Below, one piece after another: positions 12,501 through 22,837 of a stretch of DNA of 64,000 bases (position 1 is the first letter of the stretch; the number at the start of each line of letters is the position of its first letter). This DNA comes from Sminthopsis crassicaudata (Eukaryota). The stretch is from positions 442,523,261 to 442,587,260 of the forward strand of contig NC_133620.1 in the NCBI RefSeq assembly GCF_048593235.1, read 5' to 3'. A program made the translations under genes and the position numbers. The notes below the pieces were generated by a model. The model did no database searches. It saw nothing but the letters and a program-made list of their open reading frames with translations, and was not told the DNA's origin.

Positions 12501-15500
12501 ACTGGGAAATGAGTGTAAACTGTTATTTTTACCTTCTGAATCCAATTCTTCCTGTGCAACAAAAAATTCGGTTCTACACACATATATTGTTTCTAGAATA
12601 TACTGTAATATATTTAACATGTATAAGACTGCCTGCCATCTGGGGGAGGGGGTTGGGGGACGAAGGGAAAAAATCTGAATAGAAGTAAGTGCAAGGGATT
12701 ATGTTGTAAAAAATTACCCATGCATATGTACTGTCAAAAGAAAAGTTATAATTATAAAATAAAATAAAAATTAAATTATTAAAAAAAAAAAAAAAAAACG
12801 AGATCATTGGTGCTGGCATCAATCATCTCATTGTTGGAAAGAGTCATATTCATCAGAGTTGATCATTATATAATGTAGATGTTGCCATGTATAATAATGG
12901 CCTGGTTCTGCTCCTTTCATTTAGCATCAGTTTATATAAGTCTTTCCAGGTCTCTCTAAAATCATCCTCCTGATCATTTCTTTTTTTTTTTTTTAATTTT
13001 ATAATTATAAAATTTTTTGACAGTATATATGCATGAGTAATTTTTTTTTATAGCATTATCCCTTGTATTCATTTTTCCAAATTTTCCCCTCCCTCCCTCT
13101 ACTCCCTCCCCTAGATGACAGGCAATCCCATACATTTTACGTGTGTTACAGTATAACCTAGATACAATATATGTGTGTAAATCCAATTTTCTTGTTGCAC
13201 GTTAAGTATTAGATTCCGAAGGTATAAGTAACCTGGGTAGATAGACAGTAGTGCTAACAATTTACATTCACTTCCCAGTGTTCCTTCTCTGGGTGTAGTT
13301 GTTTCTGTCCATCATTGATCAGCTGGAAGTGAGTTGGATCTTCTTTATGTTGAAGATATCCACTTCCATCAGAATACATCTTCATACAGCATTGTTGTTA
13401 AAGGTTCACATCAATCTTAAAGACATTTATGAGCCTACTATGTGCTAAATATGGTGGATAGAAAGAAAAAACGAAATCATTATGACCCTTAAGGAGCTGA
13501 TTATTTGCTGGAGCATATACACAAATAAGGATAGAAAAACAAAATTTGAGGAGTAAGACCATACTAACAAATGAGATTTTGCTTGAAGGAAAGAATTTCA
13601 AGATTGTAATAATATTTTTAAAAGATAATAATGTCTAAGATATGACCATGTTTTTGTGTAGAGAAGTAACATAGAGAAGATTATTGGTATCAAGCAATTA
13701 TATCATAAAACTATAAGAGGACTTGTCATGAGGAATATTGGATCATAGTCGGGAAGAAGAAGAACAAAATACAAAAGTCATTGGAAAGATCTGGAAGAAT
13801 GGCCAGGTGGTCTTAAAAGATGGATGGAGGGAGAGAGATGGCTAGATTAGATAGAGACCATTTATTTATTATATGCTTGTTACATACTAGGCAATCTGCT
13901 AAGTCCTAGGGATATAAAAACAAGCAAATATGACAGTCTCTTTCCTAAAGAAGTTGATATTCTAATTGGAGAAAGAACATGAGAAGGGGAGCAAAAAAGT
14001 ACTGATGCATGCCTGAGGCTAAGGTAGCATGTGTGAAGAAATCCAGAGAGTGAGCCCAGGCAGCTACTTTCACTGACCCCCAAAGAAGAAAGACATTGAA
14101 GGATATGTAAGAATAATGATCTAGAGCTGGTTATGTGAAACACAAAGCTGCTTCCTAGCCTTGTAGTTTGGATGAGTAAGAGAAAGAATGATCACTAGGG
14201 AAAAGGAGAAGGCTTGTAATAGCTTCAGGAGAGACCCAGATTTGAGTGATGATGAGTTTATTGATAATGGAGTTAATTGTTAGGCCAAAATTAGCACAAG
14301 CAACAGAGAATCTATCCATACTTTGTTGTATTTCAGCTTTGGAGGGTACACTGAATGTACAATCATTGCCCCCCCCCAAAAAAAAATCACCAACACTCTC
14401 TCCACTTTAATTTTGGCTTCGACTTTTCCAAGCTGAAGAATTTACTGTTAGTGCAGTAGCTATGTTTGTTCTCATTGCAGGCATTTAAAAACATGGCAGA
14501 AAAAATGCTCTAAAAAGCATGAGAACAAGCACACAGCCTTGTTTCACTTCCTTGGTGACTGGGAAAGCTCTGGAGCATTGTCCAGAACCAGGGCAAAAAT
14601 ACCATCATTAAATTGATATACTATATTAAAAAACTTCTCTGGGCAACCAAATTTTGACATACTCATCCATATACGGAACTATCAGTTACAACAAATGGAG
14701 AAGTTTTGAATGCTGTAGATAAGTTCACTTACCTTGGCAGTTTACTTTCCAGAGATGAACATAATGATAATGAAATTGATACGTGCATTACCAGAGCTAA
14801 GTCAGTATTTGGGAGACTCCAAAGGAAAATGTGGGAGAAAAGAGGTATTAAGACTGACTACCAAACTGAAGATCAAGAAGCTGCTATACTGACCTTACTG
14901 TTTTATGAAAGCACCATATCATGAAACTGAATTGCTTCCATTTGAATTGTCTTAGGAAGATTCTGAAGATACTAGACACCGAGGTCCTTGTTGAACTAAT
15001 TTTCAAAGCATTCACACTATTGCAGAGAGTGCAACTCTGTTGAGTTGGCCACGCTATTTGAATTGAATGCTAAATATATGTACCAAAAAAAACCTATTTT
15101 GAGATCTCACACAGGGCAAATCCTAACAAGATGGTCAAAAAAAAAAAAAAAAAAAAGAAAGAAAGAAAGATACAAGAATATCTTCAAAGTCTCTCTTAAG
15201 AACTTTAGAATCGATTTCAGACATGGGAGACACTGGCTCAGGACTGCCAGCATGTTATGACCTCATCAGAGAAGGTGGGGTGTTCTGTGAGCAAAGCAGA
15301 ATTAAATGAGCCCAAAGGAAATGCAAAATTGACTGTTAGAGAGTCCATCCAAATGGTCACAGGGATTATTTGTGTCCAATCTCTGGCAGAGCATTCCATA
15401 TTCATATTGGTCTGATCAGCCACAGTCTACACACTAACTACACACACAGAATGTCATTTTGGTCCTCTCCAAGAATGAAGGACAGCCAGTGATGGAGTAG

Positions 15501-18238
15501 GGGCCAAAGGATTCCAAGTGGTTTGTAGGTGAACCAAGTTCAAGTAGAACTGTGGAAAGGGGTTACTAATTAGGATATGGGCTAAGGTTTGGGAGAAACC
15601 TGTATGCAACTTGTTCCAAGGCTTTTTAACCAGGATTGGAGAGATAGTGTAATAGGAATTAAGTTGTAGTAATGTACCCTTCTTTGGCAAAACCTCATCA
15701 GTAGAGAATTTACAGTTAACCAGACTAAGAATTTGAAAATTTATGACTCCATCAGGTTTCCTCTCCTGGTGTTCTTCTGTTGATAGAATTGTTGGGTCTT
15801 CCTAGTGTTAGGTAAGGTCTATCAAGTATATGAGCAGCTTCTTTGGGGATAATTCCTCCAAGTTTGTTTTATGTTATTGAGAGATAAACCACAGGGAAAT
15901 AATTGAACAATAAAATTGTGATATTTCAATGTATTGTATTGTTAAAAATATTGTTAAGAATGGATATGAGGAATACCAAGAAGCATGAAGACATGAATTG
16001 ACATAATTATAAGAACAAAGTACATATTGATTACAACTATGTAAAAAAAAAAAAAAGTAACAGTAACAAAATTTTAAGTATACATGTACACAAAAGATCA
16101 GATAGAGAAATATGTTACATTGTCACAGCTATTATATTTTAAATATCCAGAGGTTGTGGCTTTATTTGTATTTTTATTTGTTCATTTGTAGTAAGATTTA
16201 AATTTTCATTTAAAAACTCGAAAAAGTGAACATGAATTTTCAAAGAATATTTCTCATCTTATGTATGTTTTGTGTGTATTATTAGTATTTCTCTATTTGC
16301 ACATAAACATCTAGAGGATAAGAAACTGACTGTAAGATTTTAAAAGCTTCTTGCAGACAGAAATTTCTTTTTATCCCCAATTGTAGTATTTGTAGTTTAA
16401 TATGCATAATAGGATACATAGTGCCTATTCAAATATTTGTACACATTAAGTAATTTTCTTTGTAGATTAGCATACTACATGAAAACAGGAGCTTTTTATT
16501 GGTGAGTGCCTTTGTGTAGTTCTTATATCTCCCTCTCTTTTTTTCTTTCCCAGGTCTTCCTTCAGAGATCCAACCTTACAGCAGAGCTGGATGCCTTCTG
16601 CCAAGCTCGTGGCTATGATGCCCTTGTTGCAATGACGATCACTTTCAACCCTCATAATGAGCCAGTGAGGCATCTGGTTGTTTTCTGTCCTAGCATGGAC
16701 CTGCAGAATACTGTGAGTCTGCAGCCTTTCAACTTAACTTTTGTCTAACATAGGGTTTTGGAACTCTTTTGGCAGCTCTTCTCCAGTCTGAGTTGGTCCT
16801 GTGTACAGAAATCCCCCTTGAACTAGATCCTGATTTTTTTGTTTGGAATGTTACAGAATTTATAGCCTTCTCTTAGCTATTGATGGCAAGAAAGGTTACA
16901 ATAGAAATGTGAATTAGAGTCTCTTCCTTTGGGGAACTTTAAATCTATTTGAATAGAGCTATTCTAAATTTATAATCAGGCCTGGGTTCTACTCTTTACT
17001 TACTCTTAACTTTACTCTTAATTGTATCCCTCAAAGTATCTCCCCTTCAGATCTCACTTGCCTCCTTCTATATCTGATTCTGTACTATCCCCTGTAAAAT
17101 TCAGGTGAATTTTCCTCACCATGAAAGAATGATTTAGGTTATGAAACATAGGATAAGATTCTTATAGAAAGAATTTTGAGAGGATTGACTTGGCTCCTTT
17201 CCCAATCATTTTATTAATCACCTGGCTTCACCTGGCCCTTTTCTGACCTTTTAATGGTTATTGATCAAGTCAGAAAATTTTTAAGCTATATAGAAGGCAA
17301 AGGGAGTCTTGTGGCCATATGAGATGCTAAGGATTGATCTAATCATTTAATTAAGTATATCCATACTTTTTTTGGTTGGTCTTGCTCTCTTGGTTCTCCC
17401 TCTCCCGTATTCCCAGCTGCCCGGTCTGGATGATTTGATTCAGACTCTGAAGGCAGAGTATTAGGGGAAGCATTCCCTAATTCCCTTTGTTCCCCTTACT
17501 ATTATTGAGTCCAAGGCTGTTCTTTCTCCCTTCTCAGATTGTGCTAAACCATGTATCTCATCCAGATTGCTCGCTTGGGAGTCTGGTTTTCATTATTCTC
17601 AGTCTGCTCTACCATATCCTCTTTTCCCTTGCATTTTATTATTCATTCCAGCTCTATGATGTCTTTTCTTTATTCTCCAGATAAGTGCTTCTCTCTCCAT
17701 AGCTAGAAAGAGGCATAAAATCTCAAGCATGAGATTTTTGTCTATAGGATGAAGCTATTTTAGAAAGTATCAGCTTTATTTACCTTCATTATCTCCTTTT
17801 CTCTAGATCTGTGGAGCCTTGGAATGTTCACACTGTCCACCTCTGAATCTGACTCCAGCCCCAACTCCCAACCCTAACCTCAGGGCCTATTTCCAGGGAA
17901 ATGCTCTTGCTTCTAGGAAAAAAGTTCTCCCCATTCTCAGAGATGCCCTATGGGCATATCCTAGTGCCATGAAGACACCTTCCGGGACGCCTGGGCCAGA
18001 AGGCTGCTCCCAGGAACAGATGGATGATGAATTGGACAAAGCCATCAATACCCTGATTCCTGAAATGACTCGAGATGAAGAGGAACCTGTGCTTCCCCCA
18101 ACACCCATGAACAGCTTAGTAGATGAGTGCCCTCTGGATCGGGGATTACCTAAACTCTCTGCTGAGGCTATCTTTGAGAAATGTAGCCAGATCACAATGG
18201 CACGTTCTTCTGAGAGTCCTCCCCAGAAGAAGAAGTGA
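369..18238 (+). CDS. PRUNE1: PRUNE1 exopolyphosphatase (DHH/DHHA2), 3' part; join(369..553,1086..1244,2025..2119,16554..16712,17807..18238); 5' exons lie before the window
   Basis: Joined exons give one open frame ([17 protein letters not shown]...LLHG|TIILDCVNM...KFDISG|[10 protein letters not shown]...YMDLE|VFLQRSNL...LQNT|ICGALE...[15 protein letters not shown]...KKK*) matching remembered human PRUNE1. All junctions are GT-AG with consistent phases. Confidence 0.97.
1086..1244 (+). CDS. PRUNE1: PRUNE1 exon (159 nt)
   Basis: ctcacag|GGACC ... TCAG|gtatga; TIILDCVNM...LQKAKFDIS. Confidence 0.96.
2025..2119 (+). CDS. PRUNE1: PRUNE1 exon (95 nt)
   Basis: ttccag|GGCTG ... TTGGAG|gtaaaa; [13 protein letters not shown]...[10 protein letters not shown]. 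Confidence 0.95.
4480..4641 (+). mobile_element. MIR/CORE SINE
   Basis: ctgggcaaatcacttaacc...ctcatctgt...gaggatcaaatgagataat core. Confidence 0.8.
4735..4920 (-). mobile_element. Marsupial CORE-SINE (WSINE/MIR-like)
   Basis: gttaagtgacttgcccagggtcaca...ggatttgaac (reverse B box). Confidence 0.75.
5417..6133 (+). mobile_element. 5'-truncated L1 (ORF2 C-terminus, 3'UTR, polyA) with 12-bp TSD
   Basis: MCIPFDP...KGKGP...[13 protein letters not shown]; A-tail 6116-6133; TSD GTGCTTCCATTT at 5405-5416 and 6134-6145. Confidence 0.95.
6240..6525 (-). mobile_element. Mar1-type marsupial SINE
   Basis: catggtcctctttgagaacaaaggacaa end and gtggacccagatggct body resemble the reverse of Mar1. Confidence 0.65.
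7560..9590 (+). mobile_element. Decayed L3/CR1 LINE, interrupted by an old L1 fragment (~8390-8740)
   Basis: Remnants of GPDELHP, PIFKKG..NYRP and aaagatctggga motifs; CR1-type 3' region. Confidence 0.65.
9076..9460. repeat. Perfect 34-bp inverted repeat (arms 9076-9109 and 9427-9460)
   Basis: tatcttaaagagattagggaagagattttttttt and its exact reverse complement. Confidence 0.95.
11557..13401 (-). mobile_element. Minus-strand L1 3' end (12981-13401) plus a 3'-transduced flank and a second tail, bounded by a 17-bp TSD
   Basis: TSD aggttcacatcaa(c/t)ctt at 11540-11556 and 13402-13418; T tracts at 11555-11568 and 12981-12994. Confidence 0.8.
11684..12798 (+). mobile_element. Young 5'-truncated L1 with open ORF2 C-terminus (CCHC knuckle), polyA and TSD
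   Basis: 222-aa open frame with [18 protein letters not shown]; A-tail 12781-12798; TSD AGATCATTGGTG at 11672-11683 and 12801-12812. Confidence 0.96.
14273..14660 (-). mobile_element. RTE-clade LINE, inverted 5' segment
   Basis: Minus-strand [20 protein letters not shown] and [17 protein letters not shown] remnants of RTE reverse transcriptase. Confidence 0.85.
14661..15487 (+). mobile_element. RTE-clade LINE, 3' segment
   Basis: [26 protein letters not shown]...FGRLQRKMW; 3' end atgtcattttggtcctctccaagaatgaaggaca. Confidence 0.88.
16554..16712 (+). CDS. PRUNE1: PRUNE1 exon (159 nt)
   Basis: ttcccag|GTCTTC ... AATACT|gtgagt; VFLQRSNL...NEPVRHL. Confidence 0.96.
17807..18238 (+). CDS. PRUNE1: PRUNE1 last coding exon
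   Basis: ctctag|ATCTGT; ends in TGA at 18236-18238; contains SRKKVLP and [15 protein letters not shown]. Confidence 0.96.
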   Translation: MCGALECSHCPPLNLTPAPTPNPNLRAYFQGNALASRKKVLPILRDALWAYPSAMKTPSGTPGPEGCSQEQMDDELDKAINTLIPEMTRDEEEPVLPPTPMNSLVDECPLDRGLPKLSAEAIFEKCSQITMARSSESPPQKKK

Positions 18239-19605
18239 CCTAGGGGGTGGGAATGGGGGAAGTTGCAGAACATAATGGGAGAGGATACCCAGCCTAGCTT
18301 GAATGCATGATTTGGAATGTGTAGGGAATTTCTGTGATTCTCTCATTGCTCCAGGACCCAGGTACACTATTCACATAGATGTGGAAGGAGATGGAAGTGA
18401 AAGGAGATCTAATGGCTGTAGGGATGGTTTTCTACCTTCCCCATCAATTTGCCACCAATCAACAATGTTCTTTATTGATTCTGGGAAATCTGCACTGACC
18501 TCACTCTTTTACAACCCAGGGATATAGCATCTCAGACAGAGACCTGTGAAAAGATAGATATTAAGAGGAAGAAAGAAAGAAATGTTAGCAGATGAACTCC
18601 AGCAATGCTCTCAACCCCTATCTGAACTAAGACAGGGTACTTCACATGTAACTGAGGGAAGAATCCATTTGTTCAGGAAGTATTTGACTGTGTTTAATTC
18701 CATGCTAGGTAGAACAGTGGGGCTTTGGAAACTTACAGAGTTTTCAGCCTAGTTATGATACCTAGGAGCATGATTTTTCTTTCTGCCAGGATTGAGATGG
18801 TAGTGTTTAACTCGGAAGTTAAATTTCTTTTTAACTGGTTGCATAAAATTGGCTGTGGACTTTCTCCAGCACTGCAGAGGATTGTGCTTGAGGTTAGATA
18901 ATTAGTCTCACTTTACTGAGCAGGTTACCAGGCTTTAGGGTTCTTCTGATCTCCTTTTCCAGAGTGCCAGGGGTTCTTAAAGATTAGCGTCTGTTCACAC
19001 CTTTGAGCAGTAATCAGTGAATCATTGTCACCTTCAAAAGACACTTTTCTCTCCAACAGTAAAACTGAAGCAGTGGTTCATCTCTTTGTGTTTCTATTTA
19101 TCTCTCATCTGTCTTTTGTTTCTCTCTTCCTTTGCCATCATTTTCTTTTATGTTTCTTACATCTTTGTCAGGTTTCCTCCCTCTTCATTTACAAGAACAG
19201 TTGATGTTGTGGAAGAATTGGACTTAAAAGTCAGGAGGTTTGATTTCTACTGACTTTGGATTTTATTTTTATGGATGCTCTTTTTATTTACATCTGAATT
19301 TGTTTTTATATTAATGAATGTATCCCACCTCACTCTTCTACCTAATGAACCATCCTTTGTAACAAAGATTTAGAAAAAAAGAAAACCCAGGTCTTGACTG
19401 TCACTCAACTTTGTTGAATGTTTCTTCCTATGTAAAATGAAATAACATTCACTGAATGATCCGTAAGATTTCTTCCAACTTTTAAGTCTTTTATCTGTCC
19501 CTTTATTTTTCTGTCTTTTCTCCATCAATTTTCACTTGAGAATGGGAAGTGGGAACATTTTCCCATTTTCCAACTCAGCCCAGCAAGGTCCTGTTTTGCT
19601 GAGGA

Positions 19606-19657
19606 GTGTGTGTGTGTGTGTGTGTCTGTGTGTGTGTGTGTGAGAGAAAGAGAGAGA
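19606..19657. repeat. (TG)n(AG)n compound microsatellite
   Basis: Seen directly. Confidence 0.95.
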
Positions 19658-19925
19658 TATTAGGCCAAAGGACAGCCTCATGTAGCATATACAAGTATAT
19701 GAATCATACCATATCTTAGTAATCTAACTAGAAGCAGCCTATCACTGACTCGCATGTGATTGATTCATCCCTGTGTTCTTCCCCTTTAGTGCCCTCTTGT
19801 TCCCCTTCAATAGGCCTGCTTCCCTTCCAATTCTCCATGTTCCCAGACAACCAGAAAAGGTGCTGCCATTAACTTAACTATTTAGGTACCTCCCACCCTT
19901 TGGCATGACATTGTTGCTCAGAGAG

Positions 19926-19928
<3 letters not shown>

Positions 19929-19956
<28 letters not shown>
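19929..19956. repeat. (GT)14 microsatellite
   Basis: Seen directly. Confidence 0.95.
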
Positions 19957-19959
<3 letters not shown>

Positions 19960-20748
19960 GGGAGGTTGTTTATTTGAAGGATGTCTGCAATCAAATAAAA
20001 GATAAAAAGCAAGGCATAATCACTGAACCAAAGGAATTTGTGTTTTGTAATTGTGGGAAGTTTTATTTTGCACTTTGTTAAAGTATTAAATGCATTTTTC
20101 CTGTCCTGTGTCATTTTGTCTTTAAAACAAAAAAACAAACTTGCATTTCTCTCCTTTGCCTTCCTCCTGTGAACCTCATCCTTCCCCCCCCCCCCATCTG
20201 CAGTGTGCATGGTCAGTGCCTTTGTCCCTACCCATTTCCAACTCTCTTTATCTATTCCTAAAATAAACAGTGCCATCTTCTAGAGCCTTTTTCTCTGTTA
20301 ATAAAGGCCTACACCCTTTTCTACTCTACCCAGTCTTACTTAACTTAGGAAGGCTGCCAAGAATCATCCTATCAATTATGGGACTGAGGAGAGGGACATA
20401 AAGAAATATTTGCTTTCTCTTAAGCATCTCCAGAGGGCCACGGGGCTGAGAAAGGAAGAAGGCCAGTTGTTCACATGCACAGATTCTCACTCTGCCCCAA
20501 ACTACCTATACCTTGGAAATCAAGTCTGGGAATCAGCACCTTCTTCCCACCCACCTGCTCCCCACACCCCTGCATAGGAGGAGGATTTTCTTTGGGCAAG
20601 CCTCTCTGGGAGGGGAGGTGGCAAAACCTGTTTGAAGATGAGTTTACTTCCCTCTACCTCCTCCTTTGGAGTCACTGAGACAGCAGCACAGAGGGAAGAG
20701 GTAATAGGGGATGGGGAACTTCTCCCATTCCTCATCTTAGGTGTGACG

Positions 20749-20780
20749 ATGGGAACGTTAGAGGAACCAAGAGATCTGGG
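20749..20780 (+). CDS. BNIPL: BNIPL coding exon 1
   Basis: gacgATGGGAACG...CTGGG|gtaagt; MGT start as in human, phase 2. Confidence 0.8.
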
Positions 20781-22793
20781 GTAAGTGCTGGGCCTCCCCC
20801 TCTCACCTGGCTGCCTCTTGAAAACCTGGTGTCATTGGTCTGGAGGGGATGTCTCTTTAAATTCCAATAATTTGACTCGTAAGCCAAAGCTCAGGATGGT
20901 TTCATATAGGAGATAGGACAAAATCATTCTTTTTGGCTGAGAACAGGGATGGTTTTAAATAGAAAAGCATAGAGACAGGTGGATAGAAAGGACCCCAGAA
21001 GAACTTCCTCAAAATGGGAGAGCATGAGGACTCTATCCATGCTTTCAATTCTGATTCACTCTCCAAAACAAAGACACTGGGACCAGCACCTTCATGGTTT
21101 TTCTGTTCCCATTCCATGTTGCCCTATGCCTCTATTTCCCCACAAAAGGTTGGGGAAAGGAAGGCCTGTCATCTTCCACAAATTTAAGGTTACATCTGTC
21201 CTGGATTCAGGCTACTTGCAATGTGGGTCACCTCTCACCATAACTTTGTAGGGAAGGTGGGGGGAGGAACTGAGTTAGAGAGGTGTAAAATACATTAAGT
21301 TATACTCCTTCCTACTTCTGTTGCTAAAAACAAAGAGTAGGGATAAACTGGTTCACCTAGAGGGTGGGGACAGGCTTCTGGCTGGATTCTCTTACAGATC
21401 TGCCATTTGTGCCTTTTGCTGCTTCCTCCTACTCCCAAGAGTAATGCTGCCCCACTAATCACCTCTCAATTCCTTTGTACTTTGGCAATGGTCTCAGGGC
21501 TGGAGAGAAAGTGGAAGAGCTGGGACCATCGCTGAGATTTGGGGAAGTGGAATTGGAGGAAGAGTGGCAAGATGAAGAGTTCCCCCGGTGAGAGAATGGG
21601 GAAAGAAAGTGGAGTTAGAATGTATGGGAGCAAAGATGGGGAGATGGAAGGGACAAAGTCAAGATGGGAAGAGCATGGCTGATAGGATCCCATTCCTCAT
21701 TTCTTCCTGGTCCCTTCATCCAATTAATTCCTCACATCCCAGACTGCTCCCTGAGGAGATCAATTCCTCTGAAGATCCAGAGGACAATGGAGAGGGCACC
21801 CAGATAGGTAAGGTCAGACAAATCGTGGTTGGTACTGTGGGAAGGGAGTGCCTCTCTTGTCCTCGTGTCCCTTCTGTCAGTTCCACCCTCTTCCCCTCCC
21901 CCTTGCTTTTTCCAGACTCTTTAATCTAGCTTCCTTTTCCCTCTCTTCAGTTTTCTTCTCCCTGTCACCCCAGGTCCCTTAAGCACATTAGCACTATGTG
22001 GTAGGCGTCATATGCGGAAGCGCCTTTCAGCCCCAGAGCTCCAGCTGAGCTTGGGCAAGGATGTAGGAGATAAAGAAGTCTCTCCCAGCCACTCCACACC
22101 TTCTTCACCACATGATAGCACTGACCTAGATGTGGATGATTTGGAAACACCCTCAGACTCCAGCGGGCACGAATTTGAGTGGGAAGGTAGGTACTTGAAG
22201 TTAAGAACTAAGCTAGAATAACAACTGGGAGAATGAATGGAGTGGGAGAGAAAAACAAGGCTAATAAATTGGGGCATAGCTGGTGGAGCTGAGAAATAAT
22301 CACTGGAAGTTAACAGAATTGACCTAAGATTAAATGAGACTAAGGATGGGGTTCATGAACTGGCCAACTGAAATGGGCAATTTCAGTGAAGTAATTGGTT
22401 CTCATTGATGGTCTTCAAGAAGAGGCTGGATGACCCCTTGTCAGGAATGTTCTAGAGGGGATTTTTTGGGTGGTAAAAAGTTGGACTAGATGGCCTCTAG
22501 GGTTCCTTGAACCCTTTTTTGAATTCTGTGAATTAAAAGACTAGTTAGTGAGGGGCTTGTCTGGCAGATTCATTGTCAGAGACAAGAAACATTGTTCAAT
22601 AAAAATTGTACCATATATGAAGTCAGAAGACCTCAATTTGAGGTTTTCTCTCTGGGTCTCAAAGGAAAATTAGGAGACCAAACTAGATGATCTTTAAGGT
22701 CTCTAATACTAAATGTTTTGATCCTTATGAAAAGGACCAAACATGGATAAAAATGGGAATGGGGCTAATAATGGGTAAAGCCAACAGAACCAG

Positions 22794-22837
<44 letters not shown>

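Noticed and set aside
16466-16501. In-frame 36-nt cassette microexon (tgtag|...|gtgagt) before the PRUNE1 exon at 16554
   Set aside because: The following intron would be only 52 nt, below the usual vertebrate minimum.
20700-20741. Apparent GT-AG mini-intron upstream of the BNIPL ATG
   Set aside because: Only 40 nt, too short.
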